A stretch of 26,796 nucleotides of DNA from a virus (lineage: Duplodnaviria > Caudoviricetes): the IMG/VR virus record IMGVR_UViG_3300020419_000074, positions 1-26,796 of that record, one strand, 5' to 3'. Positions 16,598-25,700 of this stretch are shown piece by piece. The number at the start of each line of letters is the position of its first letter. Position 1 is the stretch's first letter. The position numbers and the translations under genes were made by a program. The notes beneath the pieces were generated by a model. It searched no databases, was not told where the DNA came from, and was given only the letters and a program-made list of their open reading frames with translations.

Positions 16598-18407
16598 AAA
16601 TAATTCAACATGGATTGCAGGAATTGCAAGAGGACATAATGCAGGAGTATGTTTATTAAAAGATGGCGAAGTAGTTTTTTCAATTGAAGAAGAACGTTTA
16701 AGTAGAACCAAATATGATGGCGGACCGTTAGCTTCAATCGTAAAAATTTTAGAATATACAGATAAATTAGATTATTTAATTGTAGCACATACGCAACCTT
16801 TACAGCAAACTGGTCCTACATTAGAGTTTTCAATGGATGACGCCTATACAGGCTTGTGTAGAAAATTAGGATTAATTGATAGACATAATAGAAGTAAACC
16901 TCACCCTCAAGTAATTGATGTAGCAATGTATCATCATCAACTACATGCAGCTTGTTCTTTTTATAGAAGCGGGTTTGAAGATGCTGTTGCGGTAGTTATT
17001 GATGGAGCAGGAACTTTCATACCAATGTCTGTAAACAGGGAAGAAACGTATGGTTTTGAAACTGAAACATTATTTAATTGTTCTTATCCTGCAAACTTTA
17101 GTGAAATTGGTAAACATGTTGGTACGAGAGGTCCCCACCCAGTAGAGTTTATTACACAAAAAAATGAAGCAGGTGAAGATTATGAAATTACAGTTTCAGA
17201 TCGTGCAGGCATTGTAAAAGTTTACGAAGCAGTTACACAGTATTGCGGATTTATGGCAATTGAAGCAGGAAAGACAATGGGACTATTTCCATATGGTCAA
17301 AAGAATGATAAGATTCCAGAATTATTTGATAATATGGGTAGAGTGCCACTGTCTAATAGAAATGTAATTGCACCAACCTATCCTAACGCAGCTTTAGTAA
17401 ATGAATTTCTTTATACAGAGTTAGCCTCACACGAAATCGACGACGGCACAGAACAAGGTGAAAAAATAGATTTAACTTTACATCAGAACAGGAGAGACCT
17501 TGCATATGCTTGTCAAATTCAAACACAACAAGCAGCAAGTAATTTAATTAGAGAAGCTGTAGAACGAAGTGGTAAAAAGAAAGTAGTAGTAAGCGGAGGA
17601 TATGGCTTAAATTGTGTAGCAAATTATCATTATCTAAAAGATTTAGAAGATTTAGGTATTGAAATTTATGTTGAACCAGTAAGTAATGATGCAGGCACAG
17701 CAATGGGAGCTGCATTGCTTATGTATCATAAACTTTCTAATAGCAGTAATGTAAGAGAAAGAAAAGGTGATAATTTATACTTAGGTCCAAAATATAGTTT
17801 TACATCACAACAACTAAAATCTATTGCAAAAGAATTTACTGCTGATATAAAAGATAATGTTACTAACGAAGAAGTAGTAGATTTAATTACTTCAAAAAAT
17901 ATTGTAGCAGTATTTCAAGGACAAAGTGAAAACGGTCCTAGAGCATTAGGAAATAGATCTTTACTTTATGATCCAACTGACCCAAACGGAAAAGATCATG
18001 TTAACGAAGTAAAACATCGTGAATATTTTAGACCGTTTGCAGGAAGTATACTAGAAGAAGATGCACACGAATGGTTTGATTTACGAGGTATGGACAGTTC
18101 ACCTACAATGATGTATGCTGTAAACTGTCAACCAGGCATCAAAGAAAAAATTCCTGCTATTATACATGTAGATGATACTTGCCGCATTCAAACAGTAAAT
18201 CAAGAACAAAACAAAAATTATTATGATCTAATTAAAGCATTTAAAGAAAAGACTGGTTGTCCAATTATCTTTAACACATCATTTAACTTAGGTGGAGAAC
18301 CGCTAGTTGAAACATTAGATGATGCTCTCAGAACACTACAAAACAGCAGGATTGAATACTTATATTTGCCAGAATACAATACATTATTTAAAATAGAAAA
18401 CGAATAA
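16590..18407 (+). CDS. O-carbamoyltransferase, NodU/CmcH/TobZ family
   Basis: EEERLSRTK, HHQLHA, VIDGAG, GKTMGL..YG, SGGYGLNCVAN, NDAGTAMGAA, GPRALGNRS, KHREYFRPFA, HVDDTCRIQTV, NTSFNLGGEPLV. The ORF track starts at 16584, but the ATG at 16590 is better spaced from the GAGGA RBS. Overlaps the GT9 stop. Confidence 0.93.
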   Translation: MNKNNSTWIAGIARGHNAGVCLLKDGEVVFSIEEERLSRTKYDGGPLASIVKILEYTDKLDYLIVAHTQPLQQTGPTLEFSMDDAYTGLCRKLGLIDRHNRSKPHPQVIDVAMYHHQLHAACSFYRSGFEDAVAVVIDGAGTFIPMSVNREETYGFETETLFNCSYPANFSEIGKHVGTRGPHPVEFITQKNEAGEDYEITVSDRAGIVKVYEAVTQYCGFMAIEAGKTMGLFPYGQKNDKIPELFDNMGRVPLSNRNVIAPTYPNAALVNEFLYTELASHEIDDGTEQGEKIDLTLHQNRRDLAYACQIQTQQAASNLIREAVERSGKKKVVVSGGYGLNCVANYHYLKDLEDLGIEIYVEPVSNDAGTAMGAALLMYHKLSNSSNVRERKGDNLYLGPKYSFTSQQLKSIAKEFTADIKDNVTNEEVVDLITSKNIVAVFQGQSENGPRALGNRSLLYDPTDPNGKDHVNEVKHREYFRPFAGSILEEDAHEWFDLRGMDSSPTMMYAVNCQPGIKEKIPAIIHVDDTCRIQTVNQEQNKNYYDLIKAFKEKTGCPIIFNTSFNLGGEPLVETLDDALRTLQNSRIEYLYLPEYNTLFKIENE

Positions 18408-18410
18408 ATA
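18403..18410 (+). promoter_or_regulatory. T4-like late promoter (AATAAATA) overlapping the carbamoyltransferase stop
   Basis: The TAA at 18405-18407 lies inside the motif. The next ATG is at 18418. Confidence 0.5.
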
Positions 18411-18417
18411 TTGTATA

Positions 18418-18813
18418 ATGTTTAAATTGGATAAATTTTTCAGCAAGGGATTAAAGGATAGTGTGCTATTAACAGGTACTATGTCGCATAACGGCCCCTG
18501 GAAACAAGCATACGCAAATACGCTATTAGACAGATTTCATGTATCAGATTTTTCAAGTGCAGAGTATACTATATCAGCTGATTATGATAAAGATAATAAA
18601 GAAGTAATTAAAGTACTAGTTACAGCTAGTTTAGATGAAGCTAGTGTAATAGTATACGCAAGAAATAATTTAGGAACAAATTTAATAGACATAACTGCTA
18701 CAGTTAACCAAAGTTATGTTGATATAACTGTAAATCCAACAGCATCAAAAGAGGGATCTAAAGTAATTTATACTGCACAGTATTATCAAAATCAAAATCC
18801 TCAAGTTATCTAA
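18418..18813 (+). CDS. 131-aa putative virion structural protein (single beta-rich domain)
   Basis: 'LDRF...DFSSAEYTI......KEVIKVLV......A....YA.......LI.I.A' beta-rich pattern and tail-module context. No obvious RBS. Confidence 0.6.
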   Translation: MFKLDKFFSKGLKDSVLLTGTMSHNGPWKQAYANTLLDRFHVSDFSSAEYTISADYDKDNKEVIKVLVTASLDEASVIVYARNNLGTNLIDITATVNQSYVDITVNPTASKEGSKVIYTAQYYQNQNPQVI

Positions 18814-18826
18814 CATTTAGATTATG

Positions 18827-18834
18827 GATAAATA
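18827..18834 (+). promoter_or_regulatory. T4-like late promoter (GATAAATA)
   Basis: 7/8 match in the intergenic gap, before an AAGGA RBS and the ATG at 18862. Confidence 0.55.
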
Positions 18835-18861
18835 TGTTAAAGCCAGAAGGATTATTGAAAT

Positions 18862-19710
18862 ATGCCAACAGTTACAAATAAACAGTTAGAATCAGCATTC
18901 GGATTTAAAAGTACTGGGTTTACTGTTGATGATCAAGGTAACATTACTGCTAGATCACTTGTAGAAACACAAGGATCAGAAACCTTTGATCTAGCTACTC
19001 CAGCAAATTTTACAATTACAGAAAACGGTTCTAATACGGCTTACATTTGGACCCCTGGAGGTGAAAGTGCTAATATCACAATATACAGAGGAGAGTCATA
19101 TATAATTGACTTGACTTCGTTGACTAATGCATTTTATCTTTATGATGGTGCTACACAATATCATACAGGACTCACACATTCAGATGGAGGTATCGGTTCT
19201 ACAGCATTAGGTAAAACATCAGGTAGGCTAGTGTTTGCTGTTTCTTCAACGGCTCCAAATAGCCTAACATATAGAAACTTAGCAGGCACTATTACAGGAA
19301 ACATAAGTGTAGAGGATCCTATAGGATCATTTACTACTGTAACAGTGAAAAGTACAAACGATAGTAATGCAACTAATAACGGAGCATTAATAGTAACTGG
19401 TGGTTTAGGCGTAGGGCTAAAATCAAATTTCGGAGGCACTATAAATGCACTAGGCGGCATAAGTGGTGATTTAACAGGATCAGTGTATGCAACCGATAGT
19501 ACATTATTAGTTGATAGCACAAGCGGAAATATTGTAGGACCAATAAATACTACTACAATTAACAATACTACAATAGGAGCAACTACACCGTCAACAGCCG
19601 CTTTTACAACAGCTACAATAGCAAACTCGCCAACAGTTAATACGTCGGCAACAAATAAAAAGTATGTAGATGAAACAGTATCAGCTTTAGCGATAGCACT
19701 TGGGACTTAA
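18862..19710 (+). CDS. Short tail-fibre-like protein (282 aa)
   Basis: Thr/Ser/Gly-rich. Fibre motifs GALIVTGGLGVG, GDLTGSVYATDSTLLVD, INNTTIGATTPSTAAFT, ATNKKYVD. Ends in ALAIALGT. Confidence 0.7.
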   Translation: MPTVTNKQLESAFGFKSTGFTVDDQGNITARSLVETQGSETFDLATPANFTITENGSNTAYIWTPGGESANITIYRGESYIIDLTSLTNAFYLYDGATQYHTGLTHSDGGIGSTALGKTSGRLVFAVSSTAPNSLTYRNLAGTITGNISVEDPIGSFTTVTVKSTNDSNATNNGALIVTGGLGVGLKSNFGGTINALGGISGDLTGSVYATDSTLLVDSTSGNIVGPINTTTINNTTIGATTPSTAAFTTATIANSPTVNTSATNKKYVDETVSALAIALGT

Positions 19711-19713
19711 CAG

Positions 19714-22700
19714 ATGGCAAAAACACAAATAAAAGATTATATATTTAAACCAGGCATGAGTGCAACAGGAAACTTATATCCTAACGGATATAGTTTGCTT
19801 AATAGTAACAAAGCATATTTACAAGCTGAAACTACTGCATATATTACTTCACAAGTAAATGCAGGAGCAACTGGATTTTCAGGTTACACGTTTGACGTCA
19901 CAAAGGTTCAAAAAGATATAGGATTAATTATTAACGCTTACTTACATGATTTAAGATACGGCGGTAATCAAGAAACAAGTAAAAATGCAGGTTTTTTCTG
20001 GAATGGGGCTACTTCTCAAATATCAGGAACAAGACAAGCTGAAATTAATTATCAGACTGAAGTTAGAAACATAATTAATAATTTTATTTTAACAAATACA
20101 GCTCATACTAGTTTAAGTGCATCAAGTCAAGTAATAGATAATAGTAAAACTACTGAAGCAGGTGTTACAGCTAGAATAACAGAACTATCTAATATAATTA
20201 TTAATGTTATTACAACAGGATTATCAGCATTACCTACACTAGTACTAACAGGTGCAGGTACAATTAAATTTCAAGGCAGGATAGAATTAGAAGACTTATT
20301 ATTAGTAACAAATACAACAAAAAATGAAATAATTTATAATTTTTCTAATAACGAACTAGGCGGAACAATTTCTCAAGATCAGTATTCTGCAGATACTGAT
20401 TTTCCAAAATTTTTACAAATTACAGATGCTGTAACAATACTGACACTTAACAAAGATACTTCAGCACAATCTGCAGATGATGATTTACAAATTTTTAAAG
20501 AATCAACAGAAATAAGAACTAAACCATATGACTTTGGTGTAGATGCAATTGAACGTATGCGTCATGCTTCACCTTTAGCCATGCTTGATGCTGACTTTGA
20601 ATATGGACTACAGCCTACGAAATGGTCTGCAATTGGAACACTTAGAGGTTATCCTAGTATCTACGAAGTACCAGGTACAACAACAGATGTTCAAAGTGTT
20701 GTTACAGATGCTAGTGATGGAACATCAGGTGTTGGTCAAAGTTTAATTACTGTAACTACAACTGCGCCACATGGATTTATTGAAGGTGATCCTGTAACAA
20801 TTAAGGCATTAGAAAATTCTATTGCAGGTGCAGCAAGAGCAGAAGGATCGTTTATTATATATACTGTTCCTACTGCATTAACATTTACTTATTATGCGAA
20901 AGCAAAAGTAGGAAGTTCAAACGGAGATGTACTTTATACTTCTTATACACAGTTAAGAAAAGCAGGATTTTACACAGGAGCAGCAATTGGTAGTCCGCAA
21001 GCCGCTGTTGCTATTCAAGGATTTACTGTGGTATCTCAAGGTGCTTCTGGTACAGTAACTTCTGAAGTTATAACTCCATCAGGAGAAACACGTATTCCAT
21101 ACGATGGAACATCACCAACAATAGGTGCTCCATTAGTACATGCAAGTATACCAACAGGTTCACAAACAACATCAGTAATTGATCAATCAGCAGGAGGTGG
21201 ATCTTTTTTAACTCCTGAAATTTCTACAGATGTTTCAATAGGAGCACAATCTATTCAACTAGTAGATGCAACTGGTGTTGTACCTAACTTAGCTTTTAAC
21301 AGAGGCGATGGAGTTGCTACTTACGTTGAAACTGTTAATCAAGGAACTAATGTAATCACATTGTCTAGTCCAACTACATCTGCATTTACTGCTAATACAG
21401 CTATATATTCAGGAGTAGCGGCTAATAATTATACACCGATTGGTGCTAGTTTACAAGTTAATATAAGTTCAAATGGTACATTATATACAGCTGGAACCAT
21501 AACTAATGTAGGTTTAAATTATGCAGTTGGGGACATTGTAAAAATACCAGGAACTAGTTTAAGTGGACAAAGTCCTGCTAACGATTGTTCATTACAAGTA
21601 AATTCTGTTGATGCATCAGGAGGTGTTTTAACTTTATCAGTAATATCATCTTCCATACCTTTTGACGGTGATGGTACATATAACGGACTAACTCCTACAC
21701 CTGACGGTGGAGAAGGAGTAGGTGCTGAATTTACTGTGGTGTTTACAGACGGAACATTTGCAGCAGTAACAAGAACAAACGACGGATCAGGATATATTGT
21801 TAACGATAGAATTATTATATTAGGTTCACAGTTTGGTACTAATGGTGTTGACGGAACTCATGATTTAATTATTACAGTATCTAGTGTTGACGGAAGCGGG
21901 GCAATTACAGGTACTACACAAACCGGAACAGCTCCCGATGCTGTAATCGATTATGCTGTTACAGACGACAGTACAGAAATGATAATGTCAGCAGCTGGAT
22001 CACATTTGACGATTCAAAATATTAGTGGTGCGGATGCAAGTAGAACGGCAGGTACATATAATGACGTAGGCGGCACAAGTAATGGTTCAGGTACTGTAGG
22101 TACTTTTGATATTGTTGTTGCAGCTGATGGATCAGCAAGTGTAACTGTTAAAACAATTGGTTCTGGGCATACAGCAGGAGATACAATTACAATACAAGAT
22201 TCTGATTTAGGTAGCGGTGGCGCGGCAAACTTAACATTTGATGTATGGCAAACAGGAAATGGTGCAGGTAATGATGCGGCATTTACAGTAAGAACAAATG
22301 GTACAACATACTCAATAATTAATATTACAGCAGGTACTGGCTTTATGGTTGGTGAAACTATTACAGTTCCAGGTAATATACTTGGTGGTGCTACACCAGC
22401 TAATGATTTAGTAGCAACTGTTTTAACAGTTGATGGCACAGGCGGACTGCAAGGAGTATCACCTAGCGGAACAGCAGTTAATAGTGCAACTTATACAGCA
22501 CAGTCAGGAACTAAACTAATTGGTACTGGGTTTATTGCTGATATATCAACATCAGGTGGAACATATAGTATAGATTTTGATAGTCCAGGTGATGGTGGAA
22601 CAAATTACGGATTGAATCAAACTTTTACAATCTTAGGAACTAGTTTAGGCGGAGCCACACCAGCTAATGATTTAACAATATCGATCACAGGAGTTGTATC

Positions 22701-25700
22701 AGATGATTCAACTGCTAGAGGCGAAGTTACTTCAGTATCAGTTTCAGGAACAGCTTCTACTGGTACGTTTAGTGCAACGCCAGTATCTGGTAATAATGTA
22801 GCAGTAAGTGGTACTGGAGCATTATGGACCTTAACTAGAAGCTCACAAGATTCAACAGGTATATATGAAAATTTTAGTTATATTGGTGGAACAAATTACG
22901 TATTTGGAGACAAAGTTGTTATTCCAGGAAACTTATTAGGTGGTGCAACACCAGCTAATGATGTTACTATTATGTCAACTGGCGCGAACTTTGCTACGTT
23001 TACTGTTTTATCAGGCCAGCCAGCACAAGCATCTGTACTTAATTTACTTTGTACATTTACAATGACAGAAGCAACAACTGGACAAATTGCAGCAGGAGCA
23101 AGCATAAGTTTTGAAGCACTAGCTACACTAGAAATTGACTTTCCAAATGCACACGGATTAGTGCCTGGTAGTAGTTTTATTGTAACTACACAATCAGATG
23201 ATGGCTCAAACAATCATAACTTAGCTGACGGTACTTTTATTGCAACAAATATTCCAGCTATAGATAAAATTAGATATCAAGCTAGAGCGGCAGGCACGAT
23301 TGATACAGGTTCAAGCGATATTATTGCCATCGTTTATCCAAAGCCAGATAGTTTCTTTATACATAGACCATTTGACGGAGGAGTGCAGTTAGGTACAGGT
23401 GGTCCACAGCACGGTGCTCAAGCAATACGTCAAAGTAAAAAATATATTAGATATCAGTCAGGTAAAGGTATTATGTATACTACTGGTGCTCTATTTGCAC
23501 CAAGTTACGACTTACAAAGTGTTACTGCTGACGGAGTAGAAGTAGATTCGTTAATAACAATAGTAACTGATGATCACGACCACGGAGTACAAATTGGTGG
23601 TATAATTAGATTACTCGGAGTTGAAACAGAAGGATATAATAGTGGTCCTGGATACGGAAACCAGTATGACCCATATTCAGACTATACAGTAGTGCAAGTA
23701 ACTGATGAACGAACATTTAAAGTAAGAGCAAAACGTAGACTAGGATCTGTTACACCAGATCTAGGATTTAACGCACAAATGAGTGTTGTTACATGGCACG
23801 GTGCAACTGTTAGAGCAGGTGTATTTGATGACCAAAATGGAATTTTCTGGGAATATGACGGTGTTAATATTAATGTTGTACAAAGAACAGGTACATTCCA
23901 GTTAGCTGGTACTATTGCAATGTTAGCAGACGCAAACCTTATTACAGGTACAAATACTAAATTTACAAAACAACTAAAAGCAGGCGATAGAGTTATTGTT
24001 AAGGGAATGACTCACGTTGTAACAAACGTTGCTAGTGATACTAGTTGTACAGTAACTCCAGACTTTAGAGGTGTTAATGATATCAGTGGTTCTAAAATGA
24101 TGTATGTTACAGATAGAAAAGTAAAACAACAAGACTTTAATATTGATAAATTAGACGGCACAGGTAAGTCAAAATACAATATGGACCCTGCAAAAATGCA
24201 GATGATTGGTATTCAATACAGTTGGTATGGTGCAGGTTTTATTGACTATATGGTAAGAGGAGCCGATGGTAACTTTGTATACTGTCATAGAATGAGAAAC
24301 TCAAACGTAAACACAGAAGCGTTTATGAGATCAGGTAACTTACCGGTTAGGTATGAAGTAACCAATGAAGGACCTCCAGGACAACTAAGTTCAGCAATTG
24401 ATTCTTTGGTAACTACTATTCCATTAAAAGATGCAAGTTTCTTTCCAACAAGTGGTACAATTTATATTAATAACGAAATAATACAATATGATGGAATAAG
24501 CGGAAATAATTTAATAAATTGTACAAGAGGTACGACTTTTGCTAATTTCCAAGCAGGAGCACAAAGAACATATTCAGCAGGCGCAGCTACTAGCCATGTA
24601 ATTAATACAGGAGTTGTTCTTATATCAAATACTATTACACCATTAATTAGTCACTGGGGTTCTGCATTTATTACAGATGGCGGGTTTGATGAAGATAGAG
24701 GTTATATTTTCTCATACCCAGAAACAAACATATCAGTTACTACTATTAAACAAACAGCTTTCTTACTTAGACTAGCACCTAGTGTATCAAACGCTATCAT
24801 AGGTGATTTGGGAGAACGTGAACTATTAAATCGTGCTCAATTATTACTTAATGGTATTGAAATTACATCAGAAGCAGGTGATGGTAAAGGTATTATTGTT
24901 GAAGGAGTTATTAATCCACAAAACTATCCAATTAACCCAGTTGACGTTGGTTGGAATGGACTAGCAGGACTTGCACAAGGAGGACAGCCTAGTTTTGCAC
25001 AAGTTGCTTCTGGTTCATCAGTTAACTGGAGTACTGGTGTTTCTGCTACTACTGCAAGTGCTACTGCTCTTGCAACAACAACAGCCGCAATAAATTCAGG
25101 ACAGTATATAGGATATAACAATAGTAGATATATCTATATAGGTGCCGCTGATTATAGATCAACATTTGGAGATAACAGTTTAGATCATGTATTAGGTAGA
25201 AATATTTCAGGTACACATATACCCGCTGGTACAGTTATCAACGGTGGATATATTAGTCCAACAGGCAGTTATGGATACTTTTATATAAGTCAGCGTGTAA
25301 GTGGTGGTAATATTTCTCAGAACCAAACAGATTACTTTACAATTACTTTGAACTCTGCAGCGGCTAATTCAAACAAAGCATTATTTGATAAAACATCTTG
25401 GTTGGCAGCAGGAGCAGCCAACGGCACATCAACAACAGGCGGAAGCGTTACATGGCCAGCTGGTTCATTAGTATCAAGCATATCATTAAAAACATGGGCA
25501 GGTACTGAGTACTACGAAGTTATATTTAATAATGCGTTTTCAGGAACTCTTGCAGCTGGTTCAGGAACTGTAGAATTTACATTTGAACAACCGCCGTATG
25601 CTCTACCAGGTGAAACAGTATTTTCATTTATTGCTGTTCCAGGCGAACGTTCGTCGTTAGATTTAGGAGATCTAAAAGAAATTACTAATACTCCATTAGG

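Noticed and set aside
18862-19710. N-x-S/T sequon enrichment (11 of 23 Asn, manual count)
   Set aside because: The protein is very Ser/Thr-rich, so the excess is modest and cannot be called without statistics.
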